Both the position numbers and the translations under genes were made by a program. The notes under the pieces were generated by a model that searched no databases, was not told where the DNA came from, and saw nothing but the letters and a program-made list of their open reading frames with translations. 64,000 nt of DNA from Octopus vulgaris (lineage: Eukaryota), in the NCBI GenBank assembly GCA_951406725.2, contig OX597814.1:42036001-42100000 (forward strand), written 5' to 3'. Positions 13,369 to 27,831 of this stretch are shown one piece after another. Each line of letters opens with the position of its first letter. The first letter of the stretch is position 1.

Positions 13369-14578
13369 GTATCTGGTTATACATTTTGTTACAACATTTT
13401 AAAATCCTCCTTATACTATGTAATTACCATCGACTCCCTCATTTCCTTCGGAGACTAACCATCATACTTGGATATTTTGGTTTATAACATGTATATATGT
13501 TATATTGTTAATGTGCAATTATATCAAGCGTGTTTTCCGATTTTGCTGAAAGTAAATATCTATTTTTTTCAATGCAACTGCGTAACTAGTCAAAGTTTGA
13601 TAGTCAGTGATCATGGACGATTGAAATGTAGGCGGTTTTGTATTCCAAATTTTAGTAATAATGCTCAAAGTAAAATAAGATAAAAGTGAAGAAAACACAA
13701 ATGCACATTTTACCTATAGGTTATAGACAGACACTAATATATTTGTAAAAACCTGCTATGCATTAGAATTATTCTATTAAATAATTGCTATATGATTCTT
13801 ACTCAAGATTCAGAGGATATTTACATGTGAAGCTTTTAGTTCTGGCTTCAGTATGTAGTCGAAGTATTTAAATTTCCATTTGTCTGTTATTTGCTTAGTT
13901 AATCACATGGCATGATATTTTTCTATTTATGGAGGTAGAAAAAGTTAATTATTATTCCACGAAAGGCATCGCTATTAAGCTATACCGACAGGGGCGGGCA
14001 CAATGGCCCAGCTTTGTGTCTCATAATTTATGGTACTTTTGGTGCTCGTTCGGTATACATAATTTTGTATTCTGTTGCATTTTTGTACTTCTTCCTTCTT
14101 TTTTCACAAGTATATTTTCTTTTTGTTTTTTCTTGTTTTTTTTTGCATTAAAACTTCACAGATATGTTACATGCATACATACTTTAGTTTTTAGATTTCC
14201 ATATTTATTTGCAGGTATTGGTAAGAAACATGTTAACCCAGGCGAATCTAAATTTATTTTGACATAATTTTATTTTCCTTTCAAATTGTCCATGAACATA
14301 ACGCCATAGTAGCGTCTTTAGCCAGTTAGCTAAACATATTCATATAATAAACGAACATACACCTCTTCTGAAAATGAATGTATTATTTTATTCACGCGAA
14401 CTGTACGTTATTCTTTATTTAGTTTATCATTTTTCTTGTGTGCATGGGTTTCAAACCTTTTTGTCTGTTGCTGCATTTATATTTTGAACATAGACCATTG
14501 ATCATGAGTTATAATTAATATTTTAATTTCTCTATGTTGTATAATATGACTTGAGACGACAATAAGTCTTGGCCTCAC

Positions 14579-14609
14579 CTGAAATTGACTTTATCATTCC
14601 CCAAAACAC
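14579..14609 (-). other. Candidate 31-nt micro-exon, copy A
   Basis: Minus strand ccttttgtagtag|GTGTTTTGGGGAATGATAAAGTCAATTTCAG|gtgagg: NAGNAG acceptor and GTGAG donor. Core identical to copy B. Confidence 0.35.
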
Positions 14610-15492
14610 CTACTACAAAAGGTCATTCACTGAGCAGTTTTTGTACAGTTAGTTGATATGATACCCTCTTGATAGTTTTAAGTATATGCACAATTTGTGT
14701 CACACTTAAAGAAATCTTTTGGAACTATTTTGCGAGAAGTGGGTGTTTTCGTTCACACTTACTTTTCCCTTCTTTATGCATACATACACACACGCGCGCG
14801 CGCAAACATACATATTAATCTTACACGCGCGCGCACACACACATATATGTGTTCGACCATTAAACTGATTCAAGTAATAGCCAACTACGCATAAATGATT
14901 ATGTAAATTGAAAGCAAGACAGAAATGTATTACAAATTTATATGCTTAAAGTACGTATGCATATATGTATACACGTATACAAGGGTATGAATAAATTTGC
15001 GCAAGAGTGTGTTTCCAAACAAACAATTATTATTGTAAAATATATGTGTCTTTTTCTGCAATAAGGCAACCCAAAGGAAGGTGTATTATTGTTTCTTCAC
15101 AATTGTCTCATACTCTATATGTAGTCGTGTACGCTGTTCGATTCTGAGTAAGCATCTGTCCTGCATCAGTCTCATTCCACGGTCAGTCTAGACTCAAGCT
15201 AATCAATCGGAAAGGATATTATTCTCATGTGTATTTGATTTAAAGGAGACATTTCAAGATTAGACGAAGGAACATTTTTGAAAAGTCTCGATTTCAACTC
15301 ATCGATTGTCGTAACTAAATGCACAGTTCAGTGTTGTCTTTCAATCATTATTGTCTCTATCAATTGAATTTATAATTCACATAAGGGAAACAATTTCAAG
15401 CCACACTTGGGAGCAATGACCATCATTTAAATATGATGATGATGATGCTACTTTGTTTGGTCAAACGTTGTGTTGCTGATATCAATTTACAC

Positions 15493-16040
15493 TAAAGAAT
15501 AAAAAGTTTTGAATGGTACTACAATGCACTATAATATTAAAAAATTGGACTATATAACTGTTAAAATTTAGTTATCCACAGTCCGATATTTCGGAATACA
15601 ATTCCTTCCACAGATATTCTTAGATGGATTCGCTGCTCTAATCGGCTTTAGGCACACTTACTTTTCTCTTCTTTGCACAAATACACACACACGCACGCAA
15701 ATATACGTATTTATATTACACGCGCACACACAAACATATTATGTTATATAGTATGACTTAAGACCACAATAAATCTTGGACTCACCTGAAATTGACTTTA
15801 TCATTCCCCAAAACACCTACTACAAAAAGCCATTCATTGTGCACTTTATGCACAATATGTGTAAAATTAAGTGTGCCTGAAAACCGATTATAGCAGCGAC
15901 TCCATCTAAGAATATCTGAAGAAGGAAATATATTCCGAAATATCATCGGACTATGGATAGTTAAATTATAACAGGTATATAGTCCATATTTTTAATATTA
16001 TAGTGCATTGTTGTACCATTCAAAATTACTTTATTCCTTA
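15493..16040. repeat. ~170-bp inverted repeats (15493-15660 / 15868-16040) enclosing a duplicated local segment
   Basis: Arms align at roughly 85-90% by eye, e.g. CAGATATTCTTAGATGGATTCGCTGCT / AGCAGCGACTCCATCTAAGAATATCTG. The spacer duplicates 14533-14850 in permuted order. Confidence 0.9.
15786..15816 (-). other. Candidate 31-nt micro-exon, copy B
   Basis: Minus strand ctttttgtagtag|GTGTTTTGGGGAATGATAAAGTCAATTTCAG|gtgagt, with a perfect GTGAGT donor. Confidence 0.35.
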
Positions 16041-16339
16041 AAAACAATACACAATGCTTCAAGCGAAATATAATACTCTCCAATTTACAACACATATAAC
16101 AAAGATGGAAAATATTGATAAGAAAGTCTGAATAAATTGTTTTAAAATTCGATGCAACACAAAATGCAGAGAATTTAATATATTTGAAACTGATGTATAT
16201 GTGTCTTTTCAAATTGTCTCTTGAAAACTTTTTAGCATTTTCTGCATTGGCATACTGAATAAGTGGCATATTGTTCCTATGGCACGAAACTTTCGACTTA
16301 TTGTATATCGCTGCATTCTCTCTGTAAGACTTCATTTTC

Positions 16340-16790
16340 GATTGCACTGCAAGGGATTCGTAATCCAGCGATATTTGAAATATTTCTTTATATCACCTTT
16401 TTCTCATGAATCATTCTTGTCTGAATCATTGTACATGTTAAAATGTGCTTTCCGCTTACTTCATTCTTTTGTTTCCTAACGTCTTCTACTTCAGTGTTTC
16501 CGGCATTGACCTTCCTGGAAATGCATATTATATTCTCCTCAAATTTTCTGTGGCCAAGTGTATTATGTTTCATTGAATAATCCCTTGCACTTCTGTTATT
16601 GCTATGTACGGCTTCGTGGATGTAAATTATTATGCATTCTTAATAGTGTTAGTCTATGTCTGCTTCACGAAACCGTATTATTCCGATATAATTCAGCTTC
16701 ATTACCGTAATTGTGATAGAGATTTTCTTTATATACCACTGATCCTTTATCAGGTTCATGACTCTTCCTAATACACAATTTCAATCGCTT
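16340..16790 (-). mobile_element. Highly decayed R4/Dong-like LINE fragment (post-RT region)
   Basis: Minus strand LLRMHNNLHPRS...KGL resembles the LLTMH..LHP.SDV.RLY..R..GGRGL motif of this clade. Confidence 0.4.
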
Positions 16791-17934
16791 ATTTCCTGTA
16801 TAATATAAAATCTGATAATCATATAACTTCAGGTATTATAGCCCACCATCTTGTACATTATTTGCAGTTTATTCTTCTGAAGCTTTGTTTCAGGGTTCTT
16901 TTTTGATTTAGTCGTATTTTGTATATAACAATATGAAACTGTATTCAAACAGTCATATACCCACATAAACCACATACACAAACACACAAACATTCGAACA
17001 TGCACACAGGGACACACTAACACTCATTTAAAGTGAAATTTCTATTGTATATCTTAACGTAAAAAACATGTTCACACAAGGATAAAAAAATTAGCGTGCG
17101 CTAAAATAAAAAGAAAATTATTTTATTTTGTTAATGTTACTGGGAAACCAATGCAGACTTATATAATATACGCTGAAATATTAAGAACCAGAGTCAGTGA
17201 CTAGACATTATATTGTTTAATATTTACTTTAAACTGAATTCGGTCACACATATTGAACAAGAGCACAAACCTCACACACGCACAGGCGCGTGCGGTCACA
17301 TAGACACACACGCACATACACATACATTTCGCCGTTACATTAAAAATGAAGGGTATTGAATGTAAGATGCAAACTTGATGGTTATGTGATGTAGGTTTTC
17401 ATTTGTACTTCAGTCATATTCCGTGAATTTAAATTTCTGTTCTGCGTTTCTCAGGTAAATATGTAAGATTTTTAAATAATTTATTTTCCTTTTTCTCCAT
17501 CATTCACGAATCTGCATTTTGAATTGACATTCGTTTTTTGAAATTCTAGTTATTTTGCAATCGGGAAAGATAAGTCATTGCTTTCATTTGAAATGTGACG
17601 CCAGTTGTATTTATTCCCTTTCTATGCCAAATTATTTATACTAGCACAGTATGTATCTTATAGATTATATATTGTCTCAGATGAAATATTTATTATTCTT
17701 CAATTACGAAATATATCTCTTGATAGACAGTTAAATCGTAATGCATTTACAATGTTCCTGTTAATACTCAACGGATTTACTTGATTACGATTTAGATTTC
17801 TTTAAAAATTCATCGAAGACAAATCACTAAATAACATGTATCGCTGTGTTAATGATTATCCGAATGAAATTTTCTCTTGAACTTTTCTCTTTCTTTTTAT
17901 ATGTATATGCGTTTAGGTTCAGTTAAAGTGTTTA

Positions 17935-18086
17935 TTGCCTACAAGGGGCTAAACATTGAGGGGAAAAACAAGGACGGAGAAAGGGATTAAGTCGATTACA
18001 TCGACTCCAGTGCGTAACTGGTACTTAATTTATCGACCCCTAAAAGATGAAAGGCAAAGTCGACCTCAGCGGAAATAGAACTCAGA
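17935..18086 (-). mobile_element. Nin-domain-like SINE fragment
   Basis: CTGGTACTTAATTTATCGACCCCTAAAAGATGAAAGGCAAAGTCGACCTC is the reverse complement of the Nin-like core GTCGACTTTGCCTTTCATC..GGGGTCGATAAATTAAGTACCAG. Confidence 0.75.
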
Positions 18087-19130
18087 TGAAGTTTAGGTTC
18101 AAATAATAAATGAAATATTTTTGTGTTACTTATACTCAAATGTTAGCAGAGTTATTATTATTGTTCTTTATTTCATTGTTCACTGAATGATTTATTTTCT
18201 AAGCAGGTCTTTAGAATCATTCCATTACTGAATCGGTAATTAAACAAAAATGAATTGATTTATTTCGTTGTTATTATGTCAAACTGTCGTATGTCCAAAT
18301 TTGGACAAATGCGTTTTCTTTTTGAATACTTAATTTTGCTTTCAATGCTGAGATATGAAAATTGTCAAAGTGTAGTACAAAGTTTTTGTATATTTAAAAA
18401 GTGAAGTAAGTCCCACATATGACAGTTTTGCAAAAATATTGCTGACTTAAAATATCACACATGCATGGATTTACCCAACAAAGTATTATTGTTAAGCTGA
18501 AACAGCTCCTAATGCAAATGAAATGGAAAGGTGAGCCTTTTTTTCGTTTTCTGAAAGACCAACGTGTTGGACACTTTTGCATAACAACAACAATTTGCTT
18601 AACTCTCGAAATGTGCGTATTCCAGATGAGTGATAGCGACCTTCCTTAATTGCCATCATATATTTCTTTTGTTCAAGAGCCAGTTCCTTAGCTTTTCAGT
18701 TCAAGGTTTGGAAAATTTTGTAGCATTTTCGGATTGCACTTCTGTTTAATATGATTAAATTTTACTTCTATTATCATAATTTTCCTTTGCAAATATTTAT
18801 AACTCATATGATGAGTTATATGTCGCAGATTTGTTTCGAGTACACAACAGCGTCTGACTGGATAATTTGTTTTAAAAATTAACAAAGTCATTCTATCGGT
18901 GACTTTATTTACCGTGTTCATATCTCGTCTTTATTCTATAATGCGTACTCATTTATATAGACTATATGCGAGAAAACAAATATTTTTGTAATAGTTCGCG
19001 CAGACCATTCTTGAGAATATGTGTATATCTATATATATATATATATATATATATATGACTGTACGTACGTACACACACCCATACATTCACATGTATATAC
19101 ACATATGCATATATACGCTAACGCTTAGAT

Positions 19131-19369
19131 AGACGCAGCTGTGGATGTGTGGTAAGAAATTTGCTTCCCAACCACATAATACTGTATTCAGTCCCCCTGC
19201 GTGAAACATTGCACGTCTTCAGCTATAGCCCCGGGTCTATTAATGCCTTTTGGGGGAAACAGAAACAGAAACAAGCGTGTCATATACCCACACATGTTTT
19301 TGCACATATATAATCACACACACACATACACACGCGCACACACATACGCGCACACACACACACACACAT

Positions 19370-19416
<47 letters not shown>

Positions 19417-19605
19417 ACTGCTTGACAACTGGAGTTAGTGTGCTTTCGTTCCCGGTAACTTACTGCTTCGGCAAAAGAGATCGATAGAACAAGTATCAGG
19501 TTTAAAGCAATGTGTAGTGGGGTAGATTCAGCCAACTAACATCATGAAGTCTGTACATGGGCATGGCTGCAGTGTAATGAGTGAAACAACTAAAACAGAT
19601 AAAAT
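19131..19605 (+). mobile_element. tRNA-derived SINE (7777 family) with expanded internal (CA)n(TA)n
   Basis: GTGGATGTGTGGTAAGAAATTTGCTTCCCAACCACAT...CTATAGCCCCGGG...CTTGACAAC...TTCGGCAAAAGAGATCGATAGAA. Confidence 0.8.
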
Positions 19606-21526
19606 ATTAAAAAGTTTCATTTGGACTGAAACAACATGCAAAGACATGCTTCAGCAACGAAACACTTGTAAACATTTAAGTATATTAACATCCAGGGATT
19701 CATGAACCTCACTAATTTAGTCCAACTGTAAACTAATATTTTCAGAAGGTAAATTAAATCTACTTTATATAATAAATCTCAAATGATGTATTATCAATAG
19801 TTTCATAAAGACGTTTGGCATAAAAATAAATTTTCATTTTATAAACTACCAAAGATTCAAATGAACTATTATAGTTGTCATATCACATTCCTTCTTTAAA
19901 CACTAATTACGCAATACACAAGCTTATTTAAATAGTGTCATGTCCAAGAAAGCAGTGTTTTATCACTGGAAAATACTTGATTCAAGGAGTAAGATATCAA
20001 GTAAAGAAACAAAAAAAATTAAAATAAAATAAAAAGCAACGTGAGCCATGAATAATATATTTTAATTACGATGCTATTTGACTTTTTCTCAAATACCTGC
20101 AAACCAATAATTTATGAGACTCATTTCTGCATTCGCAGCAGTGGATTTAATTTTACCGATTTGCTTCATTTTTATTTAAGCTTTCCGTGTTTTCTAAGAA
20201 CCTGCGTACAGCTAATATGTTTATCACTCGTTTAATTTTAATTTATTTTTCGGTGTTGGTGAAGAAGAAATAGGAGGGTAATAAATTGTATATTCCATTC
20301 ATTTGCTCAACTTCTATGAATATTAGTGTAAGAAACTGAATATTACACAGACATGCATTCTATTAATGAGATTCTCAGTCAGAACCAGTTGTGAAACAAT
20401 GTAGCGAGGATGTATATCATAATTAATACTATGGAAGATATAGTGAATGCGAAGTATTAAAGAGATCCAGGTAGTGAGCTAGTAGTTCTTTTACCGATCC
20501 CTTACATGTGGTCAGAAAATTTGACCTCGACGATTTTTGTCATAAGAATGCACGAAACCGAAACTAACAACATAATTCAAATTAACGACTCTACAATTCA
20601 CAATATTTGTGCGTCGTAAAGTTCGCTGTAAATTAATTTCCTTGGTAAATTTAATATTTTTTTAAAAATTAATACGGCATGTTTTCGCCTTTCTAGCTCT
20701 CGTGACGAAAAAGGATATTTTAAACAGCACAGATTATACGGTCGAGTTCATTTTCTGGGGGCGGGACAATGGTGTCTTATATGAACATTTATGATTTCAT
20801 AAAAGATTTAAAAATCATATTACAGAATCCTCAAGAGGGATGATTTTAGAATAAAGTCTCACAAATATAAAACATCTTGCGAATAGATTTAACTACATTT
20901 TTGTTTGCATTCTATTTTAATAAACTTCTGTTTACGGTTTACATAATATAATATCATGCACAATATACGGTGGATACCATTGTTTACATTCAAGTATTCA
21001 TTCATCGATAAATCCCTTGATATAACAATATAAGGTGTTATAATCAGTCGTTGTAAACGATTAAATAAACATAAAGAAAGATCTAACAACTAAATGAATT
21101 AATAATGAAAACGTAGATTTGAATAGAGTTCATTAGAGAGGTTAATTAAATGTCAAATGCGAGCTTTTAATCTGATATTTCTCTCAAGCAGCCACACCTG
21201 CGTTGGTCTACGTAGATTGTTTACACTTAAACACATAAGTGCGACGAAAGAGCTGTCATAACATATTAGAAGAAATATAGTTAACACTTGTGACTTGGTT
21301 TATGGAGGTGAACATATGTAGTCAGACGAAAATATAAGATTATCTACGAAAGCGATGTGTGTAGAAGTAGTAGAAACTCACAAAGAAATCGTCTGCAGCA
21401 TTATGTGAAACAAATCAATGAAAGTACGATCGTTTCACTTAATATATGACAAAACAAATTATTGACGTTTCTCTAACTGCTATATTACTGTCAGAAACAA
21501 AGGTAGACACACAACATACATACATA

Positions 21527-21745
<219 letters not shown>

Positions 21746-22256
21746 AATTTGTCTAACACGAATAAAACGTGTATTTGTTCGCGTACGAAAGCATAGAAGC
21801 GAATACCATTACAACGCGATGATCTCTAAACTTTTGGCATTTGGAAGGAAGAAGGAATGAAACTCTCGCTTCTTCCATTTCCCTCGTATTTATATTTCAA
21901 TGTAGATTTACCAAATATACACACTTTTTTCTATTCAAACGAGGTGTGAATGTATATGTTCACACCTCAAACCATCTACCTCTTTAAAAATTTCAGCGAT
22001 CAAATTGTAAATAATATATAAACTACTCTGTTTCTTCAGTCGTTGCCATTCCTTACCTGTAGAAATCACTACGCATTCCTTTATGCTTACAAACAATAAA
22101 TACTCGTGCATACTTTCATATTGCATTTGGGCTGTAAAATATATATTAGACAAGGTAATCCGTGGACTTTAATGATATTAACGGTTATTCTGTTATATAA
22201 GTGTAACAAGTTTCTTTTGAGATGTCTTACCAATCTATTGATGAGTTATAATCTGG

Positions 22257-22290
<34 letters not shown>

Positions 22291-25200
22291 TACTTTAAAA
22301 ATTTTAATATAACAGAAATGTAAAACATTAGTGAGAATTTGTTGAAAAACATGTTAAAGCTTGTTTTAATCTTTCTAGGTGAAGAGTTTAGTATGTAAAC
22401 ACTTTTGGGCAAAAACATTATTTCAGTAAGTAAATGTTGAGAAGCAACACAAACTGATTCTAAATTCGACGTTTTTATTGTCTTATTGTAACCTAGCTGT
22501 ATTGTACTATTCCAAATAACTTCAAAGCTGAAAGTATATGAAACTATTAACTGCCAAGAGCAAAAGTACTTCGATCTCACGTTTACTGGGTGAACAGACA
22601 TAATATAGATTTTGCTTAATGAGGCACACGATTAAACATTGTAAGAATTCCTTGTGGAATTCAAAGTTCTCTTATTTCAAAGAAAAATTATCAAAATGAA
22701 ATAAGAATACATTCGTATTAGCAAATTCGATTTGACACTAGATATCCGACAGTATTGAAAGCTTCTTAATCTACAATGAACTAATTACCGAGTTGTAGAT
22801 ACAGTGTGCTTCATAGTGTCGATATTGGCGCCAATGTTTCTTAATGAAATGAAACCGGCATTTCCGTAACGAATATATTAAGTTTCTATTCCCAACCGGA
22901 TAAAATATGGAGGGGAAATATTTGTATTTCCTCTGTGTGCAAAAATAATGAATATGTTCAGTTCTTCATTTACCCGTAGTGCAGTAGAATTTGAAGTATG
23001 TTAATTTTAAGAGGGAAAGACGTACATCAGCAGTGAGTAAAGAGTAGAAATCATCGTATATGGGTGTATGATATATACAAATATATAAATATACATCATT
23101 ATATGAATGTAAATATGTATCTTACGTGTTACGTGTGTAGGTTTCATGAAACTTAGAGATATTCAGAGACAGTGAGAGACAGAGAAGCAGATAAATAGAA
23201 TCAGGGGTCAGACAGAGACAGAGAAAGACAGATCATGTTGGTGTGTCAGAGAGAGAGAGAGAGGGTGGTTATTATCTTCAAACAGGAGACAAGATTTAGC
23301 AAGAAAAGTACACAACATATACCGATAGAATTGAAAATAGAAATATACTCATCTGAATCAATTCTCGGTGAGGGTCAGTGTGTTGACAGACAGAAATAAC
23401 TGCGTATATCATTTATGCAAACAGTCTATTTTCACTCAAGTATAAGTACAAATTCACGAACGTTCACATATGTTTACAAACATACTTATGTATGTGCATA
23501 CATACATTCATATGTAGGATCCACTGGTTCTAATTTTCATATTTGTAGAAAAGATCCTAGATATAATGTATATTTCGAATGTTTACATATGCGATATTAG
23601 TTATATCTACATTTTTAGAGACACGAATGTATATAAATTTACATGAGTGTATATAATTATGCGCAGGCGGAATTATTTTCAGGCCTGAATGTCATTGTAT
23701 AATTTGTTTTGTATTGATGACAAGCACGACTATATATCTGTGTTCGTACGTTGGTATTACTTGTTATACTGCTTAAATATTTTATATATTTTGATAGTGC
23801 TCTTGACAAATTGTTACTGTAGTGTCTAGATTGGGTCAGCTGTTTCTAGTTGTGGGAAAGTCAGCCTCAGTATTTGAACTATGGCAATTAGTTCCAAATG
23901 CTGCAATCAAAATAAAAATCACATTCTATATTTCAGTTTGATTAATTACACATTTAACATCCGGTCGGCAAAGATACCCTCCCTTACGCTAATCGTTAAT
24001 ATTTTGTTAAATATATGCAGGTAACTGATTTCAACTACTGTACATAATATCCTGTTTTGTCTTCGTGGCCGTTATGCTTGATATTTCCTCTAGTTTTCTG
24101 CCAAATTATGAGCGATTCTGATCTCCATATTACAGTGTATTCCTACATTATTTTCTTCGGTATTCTCATTTGCACTCAAATTTTCTCATAATGCTGTAGC
24201 TGCATCCTGTGTTTGTATTTAACAGTGAGATGACATTTTCGGATAACAACCTGTGACGTCAAAGACATTCTCAGTAATAATCTCTCAGTGTATATTAGTT
24301 GCACATCAAAGTGTTTACTTGCATCGCTATCATCTTTGAGCATGCTGTATTGGCTGCTACGCTAATGTTACAGCAGTTCTTCCAAAATGGACGACTCTGT
24401 TTGCTTTTAATTTGATGCTTTCTTGGAATATATGTATGAATAATATTCTAATATTATTTATACAGCTTCCCTTCTAATAATGCGTTAGTTCACGTTTCTG
24501 CAAACGCTATATGTACATACATCACACTTTACCTATCAGTGAATAATTTCTGGGAAGAATGTTGCAACTTTTGTAATTTTACCATGTTCTAAGGTACCAA
24601 AACTGGCGTTCAAATGTTGTTTGAAATTATGTTAAATCTCTACTGGCAATGTTCTACCTCGAAGGTGATCTGATGTAAGTAAATACTTTCAAACGCATTA
24701 AAACTGTATTGTTAGTGTTCTTCTGGTAGAATTGTTGCTATATATAACGCTTGAATTGTTGCTATATATAATGACAAATTCCATACCTCTCCATATTTCC
24801 TTCTTGGATGATCAGTGTGTTATGAAATTATACAGCTATGCTAATGTGGTTTTGATGTCAGGTTAAGGATTAGTGACTAGAGTTTATCCCTAGGAATTTA
24901 TAGCTACAAGCTGCTATGCAATTGTATCCATATATGGAAGCCTTGCAAATGAAACTTCAAGTGGCATACGTTTCCATTTATTGAAAGTCGATTCGTTCTA
25001 CGCTGTTGATAAAATGTATACTGATATTATTTTGAATACCATTTTAAACTTTATTTATCGTCGTTATTGCTAGCATTGGTATTACTGTGACTGTTGCTAC
25101 TATTATCTTTTGAATATTAATTGCTGATCGTTACGTTATTCCTTCACAGCAAACATTAATGCTAGTTCTAGTTGAATATTAAAATAATCACACATTGTAT

Positions 25201-26694
25201 ACGTGAAACCATACAACTAATTCATCTGTCTCTATTTAAAAGGTAATATTGAAGCTTTCCTAATGATCACAAATGAATATTTACAATATTTAAACATGTC
25301 AAGCATATCATTGTGTCCTTCTCTTCATATCATCTATGTTTATCTCTATCACTTTCTCTCTCATTCTTTCTTCTTCTCTATCTTTCTTTCACACTCTTTC
25401 TTTCATTATATCTCTTTATCTGTCTCTCTCTCTTACATTAAACCCACTTCCAGGCTTCATACTCTACATTTCTACCTATTTACATTAGCCATTGACGTAA
25501 CAATTATTTTACGTATAATTTATTGACCCATTGCCTGTAATAATACTATAACACATTTCAACAATAGCACACACAACCTTTTAGTACACATGCCCATCAT
25601 TTTGCCCTTTAACTTATAACCATATGGTTTAGCGACAACTCCTCGTACAAATCAAATGCAGCACACGTCTAGTTTATAGCCACTTAGTATTTTTCATTGC
25701 ATACGATGATATGCTCCCATACTTGGAAATATAGAAAGGGTATTGAAATAACAGTATAATGTAAGGAATATGTGATCACATGAATAGATAGAAAGATAGA
25801 TAGATAGCGAGAAAAATGGAGAGAGAGAGATAAAGTAATGTGCGGTAGTATATTCAGTAATAATAAAATCAATTCAACATTTATCAGAAGGGCTACACTA
25901 CACAGTGCCCCACGATGATTTAACTGGCTGAAACCACGAAGTCACTGCTGATTATATTTTTCTGTAACAATAATACACGTGCGCACACACACAGACACAC
26001 ACAAACACGCTCATATATATTTTAAAATATCCGTTGGCCAGAACAGTTATAGTTTAGTACACAGATAGACTCCAAAATATATTAACATGTTCCTGTTTGA
26101 CTTTTTTCTCCCCTTTACAATTCCTTTGCAAATATCTGGTAGGCTTCTCCGAAGTAGTCTCATTGTTATTCCTTCTTTTTTTTTGTGTGTGTGTGTGGGG
26201 GGGGGTTAAAACTTATTTTGATATTTTCCTTTAATGTTTTTCACTGATGAGCATGGTATTACATAACTATTCTAATTATTATGATTATAATTAATGTTTT
26301 TTTTTCTTATATGATTATATTACCATTTGAAACGGTCGTATGTGGAAATAAAATTCTAATTTGAACACTTAACATCTCTTCTCTATTTTTCTAATTGTTA
26401 GTAGTGTTTATATAAGTATTTATCATATTCATGCCTATAACAAACAAACACACATACACATACACTCACACACACACACATACACGCACACAAACACACA
26501 CACATACACATATATATTATTTTTCTTTCAGTTTTGTTTCTATTTCTTCCCGTATAGCTTAAAGATATCTAGAAAAAAATCTCACTGTACACATTCATGG
26601 GCCTTTAGAGTAAGCACACCAGATTATTCATTTTAAAAAAACAGATGAAGTTATGTAAAAGAAACATAATAAATTTCTTGGGTGCTAATCATAC

Positions 26695-27232
26695 TCACAA
26701 CCACAATACACTTCTCAATCGGTGCGATGTAACAATTGAAAACTCCTTGCACTTCATGCATTACGGGATCAGCAAGTGATAATTCTAAACTAATTTCCAG
26801 TTTGTCTTATTCTTGGAGTGTGATCTTACAATCACCAGTATTGTAACCACCTGGAGATGCGGCATTGATTCGATTCAGTGAGAATATATTTATATATTCT
26901 GAACTAGTGAAATCCGTTTGCCAAGATAATATGATCACAAGGAATGCACATTTCGATCAATAAACACACTTTATTGTTCTACATTTTCACGACACTATGC
27001 CGTTTATTTGCTTAGTTCCGTCCGTATCCACTGGTACGTCTCAAACAAACTCTACATTTTCTACCTCAGTTAAAGCCGCATGGTGGTGCATAAACAATTT
27101 GTGAACAGTTTTAATTACATAGTGCCGACATATTGAAAATCGAAGGTATTGACCAACTCTATCATACCTTGATTTATTCTCTAGTGAATCTATCTTCTGT
27201 TGCTCTGTCCGTTTCAGAACAGGAGCATGGCA
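26695..27232 (-). mobile_element. R4/Dong-like RLE non-LTR retrotransposon, 3' fragment
   Basis: ENKSRYDRVGQYLRFSICRHY...ENVEFV*DVPVDTD...NKVCLLIEMCIPCDH matches EYK.RHD.V...LHW.IC...ILWD..I.TD...RPDIV...CLLID..IP.D. Confidence 0.75.
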
Positions 27233-27441
27233 ATAATAATAGTAATAATAACGATGAATAATGATTGGAATATAATGCACTCTAGAACTTCTACAGATAG
27301 GTACTGAGGGACAGAAAAAGATTATCGGGAGGGGTTTAAGCACTTGAAAGACTGTAAAACGTTTGTATATACATAATGTTACTGATAATAACCCGCAACT
27401 TACGAATTATTGCAGCAATAAGAATGAAACTGAGTCAAATC

Positions 27442-27442
<1 letters not shown>

Positions 27443-27500
<58 letters not shown>

Positions 27501-27661
27501 TAATGGTAATAATAATAACAATAAAAGGAATAATAATAATAGAAGAAGAAGAAGAAGAAGAAGAAGAAGAAGAAGAAGAAGAAGAAGAAGAAGAAGAAGA
27601 AGAAGAAGAAGAAGAAGAAGAAGAAGAAGAAGAAGAAGAAGAAGAAGAAGAAGAAGAAGAA
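27443..27661. repeat. (AAT)n followed by ~40 perfect (AAG) repeats
   Basis: Read directly; AAG tract 27541-27661. Confidence 0.95.
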
Positions 27662-27831
27662 GCAGCTCACATTTTAAGGAGGGTATTGTCTTTTTGAGTA
27701 ACAGGAAAAGCCTATACTTGTAACATTTGGTGATTTGTTATTGCCTGCTTTCAATTAAATAACGACTAGTAATTAGGAATTCTCCAAGAGCTTTTCATAA
27801 TAATAATAATATTAATAATAATAATAATAAA

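Noticed and set aside
18490-18536. Strong donor AAG|GTGAGC with a nearby AG
   Set aside because: No convincing acceptor or recognisable peptide; such motifs are expected by chance.
22050-22095. Minus-strand AG|29 nt|GTAAGG micro-exon loosely resembling the 14579 candidate
   Set aside because: Weak acceptor; similarity limited to GGAATG.
23980-24800. Possible RTE-type LINE remnant on the minus strand (RIPKKIM, FTYIRS); similar hint at 44150-44600
   Set aside because: Too decayed; the short motifs could be chance.
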